Positions 1 to 13,019 of a stretch of 64,000 nucleotides of DNA are shown piece by piece (position 1 is the first letter of the stretch; each line of letters starts with the position of its first letter). Source of the stretch: Utricularia gibba (lineage: Eukaryota; Plantae; Magnoliophyta); NCBI GenBank assembly GCA_002189035.1, contig NEEC01000019.1:1-64000 (forward strand), given 5' to 3'. The notes under the pieces are model-generated. The model saw only the letters and a program-made list of their open reading frames with translations. It searched no databases and was not told where the DNA came from. Made by a program: the position numbers and the translations under genes.

Positions 1-568
1 GCACACCAGAAAAAGCCGTGCTGTAAAAAAAAAATATCTTATACAAAATTAGAGTTTGAGGCTTAGACACTATGCACTCATCATTTTCCCTGAACATATT
101 CAATGGTCTGGCCAACCACTCTAGGAGGAATAAGGATGAACACAGGTAAAACCCATACATGTCACTAAGTTCTATGTTGTAGTGGAAGAGCTCTCAAGTC
201 TCTATGTTCTTTGTTAAGTACCTCCATGTGCATCATTTTCATTTTCAGCCATCATTCTTGTTACAATTTGTATGTGTCTTGCAAGGTAAAACCCATACAT
301 GTCACTATTAGTCTGCCACTGCCTGTTAGGATCAAGTTCGTGCCCGTGCAGATGTGATTTTTTAACACATGAAGCATGCGAGTAACTTCTACTATCTGTG
401 CTTGAGTGACAATATTCTTACCCGCACTTGCTACCTCCTCTCTTCACTCCTTGCATGGATAGCATGAATCGAAACCTTTTCTTTGCCTCAGCAGACTCAA
501 TCTTCGATTTTCTGTTTTATTTTCTGTTTTAGACTTGAGGACAAGTCTAGAGTCGTTGTAGGATAGTG
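1..568 (+). mobile_element. 3' non-coding region of an Athila-type gypsy element (runs off window start)
   Basis: Similar to 44050-44430 (e.g. ctaggaggaataaggatgaac vs ctaggagaaataaggatgaac); lies directly upstream of an LTR starting TGATAACAC. Confidence 0.6.
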
Positions 569-1724
569 TGATAACACCGTTTTTATTGTGTTTTTATATA
601 TGTTTTTAAGTGTGTTTTGTAGGGTTAAATGTTGCTTAGGGTGCTAAAATGTCTTCTTTTGCATATTTAGACTGTTGAAATATGTTTATTGTGAAAACAG
701 ACTCAATTGGCAACAATTGAGCAGAAAACTCTAATATTTCGTCTAGTCTATGTTTTAAGTCTTATCAGGGTAAGAGCTAGTACTGTAGCAGCGCACTTTC
801 CGCGCTGACAAGTCAAAGGAGATAGAAAAGCTATACAAAAGTCACTTTCCGCCGAAAGTCGCCGCCCTTCTGAAAAGATAAGATTTGGAGTAGAGATCTC
901 CCTTCTAGAAGACTCAGGAAAGAACAATGCTACCCTTAATTTTGAGCTGCAAAAGGGAAAAGGAAGGGAGAGAAGAGAGAGAGTACACTGTGCACGCAGA
1001 GTGCACAGACAGAGAACAGGAGCGAGCGGGAGCAAGGAGAACTCCGTTTCTCCAGGGAACGACTCCGGTGACCTCCAGATCTACGTGTTTACACCGTCTT
1101 TTCGCCCAGAAACTTGATTTCCAGCAGATCTATGACCGAGAGCAACCGCTAGACACTTCATTTTCTATTTTCTGCACTTATATTTCGTTAACAACTAGCT
1201 GCTATTTCCTTCAACGTTTACATGCTTTCTGTTATGTTCTTGCACCTTGTCGTGAACGATAAATTCTCTGTAGACCTTATTTCTGCGTTTAATCATGTTC
1301 TTGACTAAGCCTTTCATGTTTGCCTTTAAGCGTTCTTAAGATGGGTTTAAGTCTATGGGTTCTCTTGAGTGACACAAAGAGCCAGACCTTGGTGTAAAAC
1401 CCATCCAAATTACTTTTATTTTATGTTTTCTGCATCTTTATATTAATTTCAGTCCCTTTTCACCCTTGCAACCCATTCCTTTCAGTCACTGTTATTTTAG
1501 ATCTTACCTGCATTAGAACTAAATCCCAGAAAACCCCCCTGTTTCAAGTAATTGTGTTGAACTTCAGAAAATTGCAACCATTCCCTGTGGATTCAACCCT
1601 TGCTTTCCACGCTACATTAATTCTTGTGATTTGTGTAGTAAAATAGCTCGGTTTATAAATTTCTTTTGATGCGTTGAATGTGCTAAACCGCGACATTTAG
1701 CAACCCCATTCCCAACGTTCATCA
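569..1724 (+). mobile_element. Athila-type LTR (3' LTR), inserted into a copia RT region
   Basis: Starts TGATAACAC, ends GTTCATCA; tail resembles the tails of the LTRs at 38205-39563 and 60582-61998; copia coding sequence resumes immediately after (gagatccaacatcatttgaa). Confidence 0.7.
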
Positions 1725-3230
1725 GAGATCCAACATCATTTGAAGTGGCTGTACAAAATCCGAAATGGAGAGATGCCATGAAGGAAGAAATGAATTCTAT
1801 ACTTGAAAATGAAACACGAGAGTTGGTTGATAAACCTATTGGCCTGAAGTGGTTATTCAAAACAAAAATGAATGCAGATGGTTTAGTTAACAAATATAAG
1901 GATAGATTAGTAGCCAAAAGATATAATCAGATCAAAGGAATAAATTTTCATGAGATTTTTGCACCAGTAGCAAGATTTGACACGATTAAATTACTTCTTG
2001 CCATTTCATCGGTTCATGGATGGAACGCGTATCACATGGATGTGAAGACTGCGTTTTTGAATGGTGTGTTGGAGGAGGATGTTTTTGTTGGACAACCAAA
2101 GGGCTTTCAAGTGTCAGGTCATGAAGACAAAGTATTGAAGCTAAAGAAATCTCTCCATGGGTTGAAGCAATCTCCTAAATCATGGAATGAAGATAACTTT
2201 CTGTAGGGTATTGGTTTCATGAAAACATATAGTGATTACTCACTGTATGTTAAAGGAACGGGAGATGATCGTTTATGTTGATAATCTTATGATTACCTTA
2301 GGTGATGAAAGGAAGATTGAAGTATTCAAAGGTCTACTCAAAAAGGAATTCAAGATAATTGACCTTGGAATGATTTCCTACTATTTAGGCAGGGAAATTC
2401 ATCAACTTGAAGGTGTTGAACATTCATATCTCAGAAGAAGTATTGTAATGAACTTTTTGAAAGGTTTGGGTTCAAAGATGTCAATCCTTCAAAAACTCCC
2501 TTGAATTACAAACATGTGATTCGAGAAAACAATCAAGGAAGAAATGTAGATGCTACTACCTATAGAAGTATGTTGGAACCCTCATCTATCTCCAGCATAC
2601 AAGGTCTGACCTGTGTTTTTGTGTAACTGTCTTATCTTGCTTCCTCAACAAACAACCAACAACTCACATGGCAATTGTGAAAAGAGCTTTCAGGTACATA
2701 AAATCTACTACTAATTCGGATTGTTCTATCTCTATGAAGGTGAAAAACCAGTCTTCCAACTTAGAGCCTATTCAGATTGTGATTATGGTATGGCTGAAGA
2801 TAACAAGAGTACATTTAGTGTAGTTTTCAAAGAAAAAAAGGTGTCAGCACAATCAACAGCTGAAGCAGAATACATCTCTATAGCACATGCTTCGAACTAT
2901 TGCGTTTGGTTGAGACAGACGTTAAACGAACTTGGATTCATTCGGATGGAAGCTACATACCTGCTTATGGGTAATCGAGCTGCAATCACCATTGCTAAGG
3001 ATCCAACAAACTTCAAAAAAGCCAAACACATAAGAATCAGGTATCATGTCATAAGGAATTACATCAAGGAGAAGAAGATTAAAGTGTAGTATGTTGAGAG
3101 TGGGAATCAGCTTGCTGAAGGGCTCACCAAAGGTTTGAACAGAGTTCAATTTAAGGTAGCAAGGAAGAACATGAATCTCATGACTACAGTAGACTTTCTC
3201 AAGTTGGAAGATCTCGGTCTTGGGGGGAGT
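1725..3230 (+). pseudogene. Ty1/copia reverse transcriptase-RNase H remnant with stops and frameshifts
   Basis: ORFs 1745-2206 (KWLFKTK, FAPVAR, HMDVKTAFLNG), 2232-2504 (YVDNL), 2721-3089 (YSDCD, STAEAEY, KHIRIRYH); polypurine tract ttggggggag at 3221-3230. Confidence 0.92.
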
Positions 3231-3527
3231 ATTGGAGATCAGCCTCAATCCAAAGCTTGAATGTGATTAGAAGTACCAATCTTGTGTCATAAAGTCATGT
3301 TTTAGTTGAAAAGTGTTGGGTTCGAGTAGTTGGGCTTTTCTGTATGTTTTTAATGATTGGCCCACTGATGGTAACCTAGGTTTTGGGTATATATAAACAC
3401 TACTAGGAAAAGTGTGAATTACGTTTTCGGTCATTGTTATTGTTCATAATTCGTTTTTCATCCAAGGTGATCTCATAAGAATTATCTCTTTGTTCCTTCC
3501 CAAGACTCTATCTTTCTTGGATCAACA
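3231..3527 (+). mobile_element. Copia 3' LTR
   Basis: Follows the PPT, starts TATTGG (degenerate TGTTGG), ends ATCAACA; reverse complement of the LTR at 15313-15636. Confidence 0.85.
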
Positions 3528-5261
3528 AAGGGCCTATGGGAGAATCAACAAAGCGATGAGGCGTTAGGCGTAGAATTCAACCTTCTCAAAGTGGATCAAC
3601 TTGACTAGAAAAGGTCCATTATTTCCAAATACATTATTATTACTACTTTTCTTCTAAGAAGACCCAATCCTTCATCTATATAAGAAGGGCCTCACTCTTG
3701 TTAAAAGGGAACTTGGATGGTAATCACTTTTCGGAGCAATGCTCCTTCTTTAAGTTCTTGTAGAACTTCAGACTTATCAAGTCTTGCTTGTGGTGTCTAG
3801 TGTGTGATATCACTCCCAATTCCTTCCTTTATTCTGTGATTGTGGTACTATTTCATAGTTTGTGTTGCAAGGATCTTTCAAATCCTTGAGGGCCAACTTC
3901 TTTTCCTTGGGATTGCTTCTTCTAAACCAAGATCTGGTTTGCCAATCACTTGTTGATTGGAGGGTCGTATTAGGTGGTATCAAAGCCAATCTTTCTCTTC
4001 TTGATATCCTATCTATCTTGTTGTCGTTTCGTTCCAAAGAAAAGAAACCAATAAAAAACCCAGATCTAACTGATTTGCTTATCTTGTCTTTGCTTATCTC
4101 TTCCTCTGAAAAGAAAAACCAAAAGGGGGTTCCTTATCTTTGTTTGTTCTGTCCTATTCTTCTGGTTTGCTGCAAAAAGAAAAAAAAAACGTGTTGAAGG
4201 AAGAAAGAAGGTTAGCAAATTGATTCCATTGAATTTTCTACTTACCAAACAATAGAAAAGTAAAAAAAAAAAAGTCTAGCCACTTAAATTCATTGAATCT
4301 TCAATTTACCAAACAAAATAAAAGTCAATATTGTACAACTTTGTCTATTGTCACACTTATATTCCATTTTAACTCTTTTTAATTGTCTATCTACCTCTTT
4401 TGTACTAATTACAACAAGTTACCTTCTATCCTGGTATTCCTACTCTTACTTTATCATAATTACTATTTCCATCACCAACTCCTATATTGCTCATTTTCCT
4501 TATCTGACTGTTTAACCTATCCACCTTTATCTCTTTAAACCACACTTAGATTTTTAATTCTATCTTTCTTTCGTTGTTCTTTTTCCTTCTTTTTGTCTAC
4601 ACTTTTCTCTTGAAGTAGGATGTGGAGCTCTAATAACCCTACAGAAGAATCAAATGCTATGGATGCTCGTTTCTTATTCACTGCAATGCAAAGAGAGTTT
4701 AAGAGATTGCAGAGATGCATGGAGCAAATCCGCATCAAACTAGAGGAACATGATGAATCTCTCAAGAACATCAAAAAGCAAGGAGAGGACAGTATCTCCA
4801 ATGGTAGAACAAGAATTCCAACACACCATAGAACGAAGATATCAAAGAAATAATAAAAACTAAGGAGAAATAATAAAAACAAATCACGATGCAAGATATG
4901 ATAAAAACAACCTTGATGAGTATGATTCATCTGGAGGTGATGATATAGAATGAAGATATCAAAGAAATTGGAGGTCAAATCATGATGCAAGATATGATGA
5001 AAGACTAAGGGGTAGACACACACTGAATACAAAGAATTTGATAACATCAAGATGAAACACCTTCCTTTTCAAGGGAAAAACGATCCAAATGCCAACTTGG
5101 AGTGGGAGACTCGTGTGGAGCACGTGTTTGATTGCCACAACTATTCTGAAGCCAAGAAGATCAAGCTTGCTGTTGTTGAGTTTACAGATTATGCCATAAC
5201 TTGGTGGGATAAAATAGTACTCAACAGAAGACAAAATGATGAAGAACCAATTCGTACTTGA
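3528..5261 (+). mobile_element. CRM-clade (centromeric chromovirus) 5' LTR part, PBS and gag remnant
   Basis: PBS tggtatcaaagcc at 3975-3987; gag pieces 4620-4853 (FTAMQREFKRL) and 5052-5261 (FQGKNDP...LEWETRVEHVFDCHNYSEAKKIKLAVVEFTDYAITWWD); LTR resembles 18018-18604. Confidence 0.8.
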
Positions 5262-6289
5262 GAACAATTCTCAAATTGCGGTGCCAATCAGTAAAATTCG
5301 AGCCAACCAACTTATTGGACTCTAGAATGGATCTCAAATTTACGCTGGAAGAAGAGAAAACAAACACATCATGTAGTGTTCCTTAAATCACATCTAACTG
5401 GTCTTTATTAAATGTGATATACTCCCACTATGTTTTTCGAGATGGCAGCCCCTTACTGACAAAATGAGAAAATCACATTTTCTTAGTGAGACAGTGTCCC
5501 ATTTCATTCATCTCCACCTTGCCTGTAGCCAACAAGCTTTAATGAATGAAACAGGTAGTCATGCCAATTGTATCTATGATACAACCACTGTATTATTGAG
5601 TCATCAACTCTTGATGTAAAAACTATTTACCTCAACCTTTCCTCCAATTTTACCAACCTTGGCTTTAGTCAACAAGTTGATAAAATTAGTTAAGCCAACC
5701 CACCGTGAATCTTAGTTATTTGATTCACTAAGCTTAGTTATTTGATTCCTCTCCTTATGTCAGTGGAAGGAATAAGCTTAGTTATTTGATAGGGGATTTT
5801 TCCATAGGCAACACTTGCACTATAGATATCGATATCCTATCAGATAGGAATCCTGACAACCCTTGCCCTTTCGTTCATAACGCATCATTTCCCTCGATTT
5901 TCATACATAAAGCTCGAAAATCCTAATTGACCCTAGATGCCTTGGTCAGAAATAAATTATCAAACATCATATGCATCGATAATTCACCAATATGATCATC
6001 ATAATCAAAATTCGTGCAAAGGCCATCATGCCCCACGACTACACACATATAAAGCATCATCATGCTGCGCATATACACGTAAGATATGATTCTCGAAAGC
6101 ATCAATCATGAATAAAATTTCGTGCATCCTAAGGCAGCAAAACAATCCAAAATAACCAGATTTCGTGCATCACATGCTTATGATGATCGCCAGCAAGGCT
6201 ACATACGAGAACATCTCGCAATCACATGCTGTCACAATAATTGCCGGCAAGGCAACATACGAGAACATCTAACTCTCATGTTTCATTTT

Positions 6290-6420
6290 CAAGTAGAATT
6301 CATTTCTTCCTTCATGGCCTCTCTCCATTTCGGATTTTTTACAGCCATTTCAAATGATGTTGGATCTCCTGTCAATAATTCAGCCAAAAGATCAGCTACA
6401 GCATCTTGGACTAACCTATC
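6290..6420 (-). pseudogene. Short fragment of the same copia family (start of RT)
   Basis: Matches 13660-13765 (ccatttcggatttt...tcaaatgatgttggatctcctgtcaataa). Confidence 0.75.
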
Positions 6421-6429
6421 TGATCACAC

Positions 6430-7750
6430 CTGAAACGACCAACGCCCGGAGCATCCATTGTTTGCATTATTCGCGTCCTTGTAATTGTTGTTTCAGCCAG
6501 TGTGTCGTAAAGGGTTTTCACTTTGCGCTTCTTCAGTGTGCCAGTAGCCTCGCATCGCCATCTATCTTGCACCACCTCTAATTAGAGATCCGCTGTCCTG
6601 CGCACAAGCGGCCATGCCTTCATGGGTTCTTCCTACTTTACACCATCCACGACCTTAGCTACCCTACCGGAGTGGTGTTTGACTACCAGGTCGTCCTCCC
6701 TGAGCACTTCAATCCATCTCATTAGCCTCGTGTTCTTTTCCTTTTGAGTGAACGAGTACTTGTGACTCTTTTCACACTCGACTTCACCCAATGCAGGCAG
6801 TGCTTCCGTAACGAACATGCGAAAGCAACAACCGCTATTTCCACGTCATGAGTAGGGTAACTTTATTCATGAGGATTTGGCTTCCTAGAGCCGGATGGTC
6901 TAATGCCTTCTTGCTGCATCAAGCACATCCTGAGATGCATCACTATGACTACCGATATTCCCTCCCATCGTAGGTTGTGTAAGGGTGTCTAGGGGAATGA
7001 AAACTGCGCTCACAAATCTCGGGCCATAAGTGTTTCGCTCCTTTCTTCGTCCACTCACGGAAGGAGTACTGCAATCCCTGAATGTCCTTTAAGAAACTTC
7101 CGATAGCAACCTGCCGTTTGCAACCAACCTCGAAACCCCCTGTGCACTTTCAGCTTGAGGGGACACCGCCGCCACTGTATTTGTTCGAATCCACCGTGGC
7201 GCCTTCTGTTGACGCTTTGTGTCCATGAGACGAGGAACTTGAAAACCGGGAAATCATCTTTACTGAACTTGCCGTACAACTGACAGCCCCGCAAACGCTG
7301 CAAACCGGCTCCAAGAAGCTGCCCATGCTGCTCCTCATCCCGGGGATAAATCAGAATAGCATATATGAACACAATCACAGAGTCATCCACAGAAGCAACA
7401 AGCACACTTGTCCTTAACCCCATGAATACAACAGGGCGTTTGTTGATCCAAAGGGAATCAGCGTGGACCCATAGTGAACATGTCTCGTCCTAGATGACGT
7501 TTTCGGAATGTCCTCTGTGTCTTACGCTTTGCACATGATAACCTAAACTTAACTCCAACGATCGAAACGCCGTAGCACCAATAATGGATCATGTGGTTAT
7601 CAACGGTCACTCTAGCCCCAAGACTCGTAGGACACTCTAGAACGCCTCTAAACCTCTTGAATTCCTTCTCGTCTCCAATGTTTTCCGTGTTGTTGTGGCC
7701 ACCCTCGAAATCTTGAGAGGATCATGCCCCTAAGCCTCCTCAAATTCAGT
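6430..7750 (-). pseudogene. Highly degenerate Tekay-like gypsy pol remnant (RT, RNase H, start of integrase)
   Basis: 6633-6818 HKYSFTQKEKNTRLMRWIEVL resembles SLKYLFTQKELNMRQRRWIELL; 7055-7423 resembles the RT C-terminus (CQLYGKFSK, RGFRGWLQTAGCYRKF). Confidence 0.7.
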
Positions 7751-7752
7751 AC

Positions 7753-9164
7753 TGTCAGGACCCATGCCTAGGGCCCAAGAGGCATGAGACATGACTGCCA
7801 AACCCCATCAAACGTTAGGACTCAAGGCTACTTAACCCCTTTTGTAGCATGGAGAAATAACATTAAGTTGGCTACATATATATTAACTCGCAACCGTTCA
7901 AACATGCAAAAGGAACTATGTCCAGCCTACTTAGCACATTCCTCACAACATAGCTAAGGTTTCAACAGCTGTTCACGACATGCCACAACTTCTATGGGAA
8001 AACCTCTAGTTTGGTTGACCACCAGACCTTCAGCCATTCCCCTCTACACCTGGAACAAGTTAAAACATGAAGTGGTCATGCTACTGAAGTTTGGTAAAAG
8101 ATAAACGTGCATGAAGTGAAGAAAGAGTGTTTGAGCATAAAATCTCAAAGCCAAGCACATATCCATGTAGTGAGTCCCATTCTCTATCTTTGCCCAATCC
8201 CCTTGACCCTTCAACTTAGGCATCACCTCCAGATCTTAGGAAATGGGCCATGTATTGCCTAAGTCCTTTAGTAGTGTTCAGAAGAGCCACCAACCGAACA
8301 CCACCTCTAAACTCAGACCATAGCATGCATATAACGTGTTCCCTGGCCTTTCTTTTCTGGCTTACCCCATAGGGATGCCTCAGACATGTCTGACATATTT
8401 AGCCATGAATCCCATGGTTAAAACCATGTTGCTAGGAGCGTGGGTCCACACTCCTCTCCATTTCCTATCATAAGTTCACATAGCACGTAGGGAAAAACAT
8501 TGAGCACTCTATACACTTCAAAAGGGAATACCCGTTTGGAAACTGACCAACAAGGGCACCTAATCCTTGGAAAATAACAAATTAGGTTCTGAAAGAAGAA
8601 TTTTAGGGACTCTAAATAGATTTGAAGCATTAAGATCAGAAGGACGTGCCCTGCTGGACTTTTCACACAAAGAAGAACAGGGAAGAAAAACGGGTTAATG
8701 AAAACATGAAAGAAATCTTTCTAAGACAACATATAACAACACATAGGCAATTAATCGCATATGTTCCAGAGAAGCATCAAGACATGCTTCTAAAAACAGT
8801 AGCACTCATCCCACTTACCTTCCTACAGAAGTAATCCCTTTCTTATGGCTAATTCCACGAAATTCCTTCCTCTTTAGCTCTAACACCCCCTTCCTTCCAC
8901 AACTCTACTTCCTAAGGTATCTCCTCAACAACTCAAAGCAACTATATCCTCCAGAACTTAAGAGACTCCATGAGTCAGCATACCCTCTATCCTGAGGTTG
9001 CCATGTGGTCCTTCCTTTAGATAGCACTTGCTTCATCTTCATTGGTTAATAAAAACAACCCCCATACCGGTGTGGGCCCCATCCCTTATTGATTTCATAC
9101 ATAACCATGATCATTAGAGAGGTAATATGCTAAACCCCAGCATTGGATGTCACAGACCATAACA
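7753..9164 (-). mobile_element. Solo LTR (Tekay-like family), TSD AGTAC
   Basis: Minus-strand termini TGTTATGG...GGGTCCTGACA; AGTAC at 7748-7752 and 9165-9169. Confidence 0.85.
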
Positions 9165-9443
9165 AGTACATATACCTCCCTATGCCTCAGGCATGTGAAC
9201 TGCTCATGTGCTGCGTGCTGCATGCCTGCAATTGCGTTCAGCTCATAAGATGATTTTCAATGCGTATACAACTCAAGGTTCCCATTGATTTCATCAAATT
9301 ATGCCCACTAACATTCCGAAAACGAGCACACAGTGCACCACAGCCGAGGGGTGCGAATAGAGTTCATGAAAATCGTTCTCAGCGTACGAACGGATATCCT
9401 GTTCTGATGTTCGCATGTCGACAGCAAACCGAGAGCTTGAAGT

Positions 9444-10390
9444 TGTCATGACCCATGACCAGGGACCATGACGCATGAGATACGAATGCCAAGCCTTAAT
9501 GAACGCTAGGATGAAGGGTAACGCAACTCTAATACAACGTGGTAAAATGTCATTATGTTGGTTACATATCCATGAACTCATACCAAAAGGAACTACGTTT
9601 CACCTACATAGCATATATCTCGTGACATTGTTGTCGTTTGTACAGCGTTTCGAAGACCCCTGCACAACTTGTTACAGCCCAAACTCCTACTTCGGTTGAT
9701 CACCACACCTTCAACTATTCTCCTGGAAGAAGCGTAAACAATATAGTGGTCATCCTACTACGATTAGGGTAAGAAGAAAATAAAGAGGTACGGAGGATAA
9801 AAACCAAGGAACAAGCACATAACCACAAAGTGAGTCCCATAGTGCATATCTTCGATGAAATCCATTGACCTAGCCATCGCCTCCGTGTCTTAGCATTTTG
9901 GTCATGTGCTTTCGAAGTTCATGAGTGGTGATCCGAAGACCAACGAAGTCACCACCACCTCCAAACGCACACCCTATCATGGACAAACATGTTTTCCTTG
10001 CCCTTTTTGCGTGGCTAAGCCCATGAGGATGCCTCCCGCACGTCTTTCATTTTTAGTCATGAATCCCATGGCTAAAACCTCGTTGCTACTGGCGTGGGTC
10101 AAAACCCGTCTCCAATTTCGAACACATGTTCACATAGCACGTACGGAGGGAACCATGAATGTTCCCTACGCATCTATAGGGTAAAACTCATTTGGGAAGC
10201 AAACAACAGGGTGCCTTGCCCATAAGCGGAATGGTTGAGGCATCCAGAAATGATTTCAAGGACTCTAAACGGAGTTTGAAGTACCAAATTAAACAAGAAA
10301 AGGACGTGGTCTTCTACACTCTTGACGCAACGAAGAACAAACAAGGAGAAAATGGTTAAAAAAACACGGAAGAACTCTTTCCATTCCGGA
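9444..10390 (-). mobile_element. Truncated LTR of the same Tekay-like family
   Basis: Begins tgtcatgaccc like tgtcaggaccc at 7753; 9840-10390 resembles 8100-8720. Confidence 0.7.
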
Positions 10391-10399
10391 TCTCATTGC

Positions 10400-11170
10400 T
10401 TTTGGCAAAAAACTGAAAAAATGTCAATGAAAATCGTTTTGCCCTCCATGCAATTGCTTTTGGATCTCATTGCACCTGAGCGAGCTTGTTGATGGTTTCA
10501 TGTTGTCCTACTGCAGGAAAATGTGATGTGAAACTTTGGTCAATCTGCCTAGATTAACCCTAATAGCATGGCTCTTCATGATTCTTCATGGTATTCCCAC
10601 TATGAGGTGCATTGTGATATGATCAAACTTTCATTCGGGAATCTCCTTGCTTGTTGCTTCCCTCTAGGACTTAGGTATTTTTCTTCTTTAATGCTTTGGG
10701 ATGTTGCACCAGCTTGCTCTCAAGTCATCATTCATTTTGTTGACAAACGGTTGTACATTTGGTTCATATAAGATCTTTTGCTTCACTCCAATTGAGTTAG
10801 GATCAACTAACCTATCTTTTCACATCTCAAATGACCAACGCTCAGGACACCAAGTTTCTGCATTCTTCGTGTCCTTGTACTTGTCGTTTTAGCCAATGTG
10901 TCGTAAGGTTCTAACTTCGAGGTTCTTTAATTTGCTGTCATCGTGCACGCAAGCAGCCTTGCCTGATCGTTTCAATCCATTTCCTTAGACTCATGTTCTC
11001 TTCTTTTGAGTAAACAAGTATTTCCAACTCTTAAAACACATGACTTCACCCCATGTAGATAGTGCTTCCATAACTTCAATGTGAAAGCAACAATTCCTAT
11101 TTCTATGTCATGAGATTGGAATAATTCCCTACAACGCTTTTTTTTCCCATTCCTCAGTGTCATTGTGCTG
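10400..11170 (-). pseudogene. Degenerate Tekay-like RNase H-integrase remnant
   Basis: 10972-11163 SHDIEIGIVAFTLKLWKHYLHG resembles [22 protein letters not shown]. Confidence 0.7.
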
Positions 11171-11261
11171 ATATTTTATCCTCCTTCAGAGTTGGGATTG
11201 GCTTGCGACAATAGGCTTCCTTTTTGGTTCAATTCCCCAACTTCTGTTGTCAACTAGCTCT

Positions 11262-12262
11262 CTATTTAATTTATCCACTTTACCAATTACCTCTCATGTA
11301 ATTGTATCATTCTATTTTATATCGATGAGTGATTCTACTACTGTGTGTGACCTTATGCGCTTCTTCAATCAAGGCCGTAATAATGGATTTATTAATTAAC
11401 TCTTAATTAATCAAATCCTTCATTATCGATCATGAGTGATGTCTAGCAACATATCATGATCCTCAAGATTAGAGAATAATCAGGTGAATTGATTGAGCCT
11501 TTCCATGACCAGCCACCATGCAATGAACAACTTTCATCATACTTATATCTCATTCGATACCAAAACATGGGTGTGTCTTGCTGATGTATTGAACTTATAA
11601 TTGCATTCAAGCACTAACACTCAATGACCTACTCAAAGAATTCAAGTGTCGTTACCCTGGGCCCAGGACTTATTGTTAGGCTTTGATGCAATTACTTGAG
11701 ATATGATCTCATCGCTAACTTGAGTGATGAATCCTTTATTGATCAATCAACTATCTCCAACTTTAAGGAGTCACATCTCTACTCATCCATACTAGGCAAG
11801 TCATGGTTAGACTCCCATTAGTAATAAGCGACAATGTGAGCTTAAGATCAAGATAACTTTGTTGACTTCAAGTCTAAGCTTACTTGCACGGCTGTCATAT
11901 TCGAGATCTTGCTACTGACACTTGGTTAGCTTCCCATAGTAGCATCTCGAAGATGAGTTATCCAGTGAATCGATTCTCTAATCGACACCCATACATAGGT
12001 TCTAGTAATCTCATTACATCAATTGTGAGAACCATTGCCCAAACTGTTTAGGGAACTCAATGTGTGCAAGCTTATCCGTATTTGTGATATCATCATTTCA
12101 AAAATACTCTAGCCAGGAAATTTTAACTTGATCATGAGTGCTTGAAGAATCTCACATTATGATCTCATCATAATTTCTATAGCACATATATCAAGTAGAA
12201 GATTTTATCAATGATATAAATTTGCCAATGAGTTGATTGTCTCTAGAACACATACACTAACA
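11262..12262 (-). mobile_element. Angela/BARE-1-like copia LTR, 5' about 1 kb only
   Basis: Minus-strand start TGTTAGTGTATGTGTTCTAGAGACAAT, reminiscent of the BARE-1 start TGTTGGAAATATGCCCTAGAGGCAAT; homologous to 29152-30195. Confidence 0.8.
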
Positions 12263-12480
12263 GTTTGAACACCTCGAACCTTTCTGGCAGCATAATTATC
12301 TCGTCCTTGGGCTTTTGCAACATTTTGTAGAGAGTTTTGATGTTCATCAAGCCTGACATTTATATTTTCCAGAATGCGATGCAATCTTGCGAATTCCTGT
12401 TATATAGCTCTCAAAGTTAACTTCTCATCTGGTGAGTCATCCTTGTCATGCTCACTTCTTGAGTTTGACATTCTAAACAG
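12263..12480 (-). pseudogene. CRM gag N-terminal remnant
   Basis: Minus translation MSNSRSEHDKDDSPDEKLTLRAI*QEFARLHRILENINVRLDEH resembles 4620-4853. Confidence 0.6.
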
Positions 12481-13019
12481 AAGACAAAAGAAACAAGCAG
12501 CAAAAGAAAGAAAAAAGAATATAGTGAAAGAAAAAAGAAACACACACAAGGTTTACCACTCAATCCCGAAGCTTCAAGTCCTTGATGCAGTCCATAAAAT
12601 CATCATGCTTGACCTCATGACACCTCAAGAATTAATCACTTCCTGATTGGTATCGATTATGGTGTTATGATGGGGTTAGGTGAAGGTGGCAGTGTCAATT
12701 GTCTCAAGATAGAGACTAACGGGATTGGTTGAATTATGTTGGTTGCTTGTTGCAGTAGATAAATAGGAGGGATGGACACAAGGTAAGAACAGATGAAAAC
12801 TCAGGAATGGGCAATCAACAAAGCGAATATTCAAATGGAATGGTAGGGACAACTAAGTGATAGGGGATGAGGATCAAGATAAGGAAAATAACAATAAAGT
12901 GGTTGCTTGGTGGAATGGGAAAAGTAGAGAGGTGGGTCACAAATAAACATATACATTAATGGATGATAGTGATGGGTGATGGGTATTCACCTTCACACTG
13001 TTGGTAAATTTCCATGCCT

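Noticed and set aside
748-1262. ORFs 748-1035 and 927-1262 as genes
   Set aside because: They lie inside an LTR, are low complexity and show no recognisable domain; the same applies to most 60-110 aa ORFs in the track.
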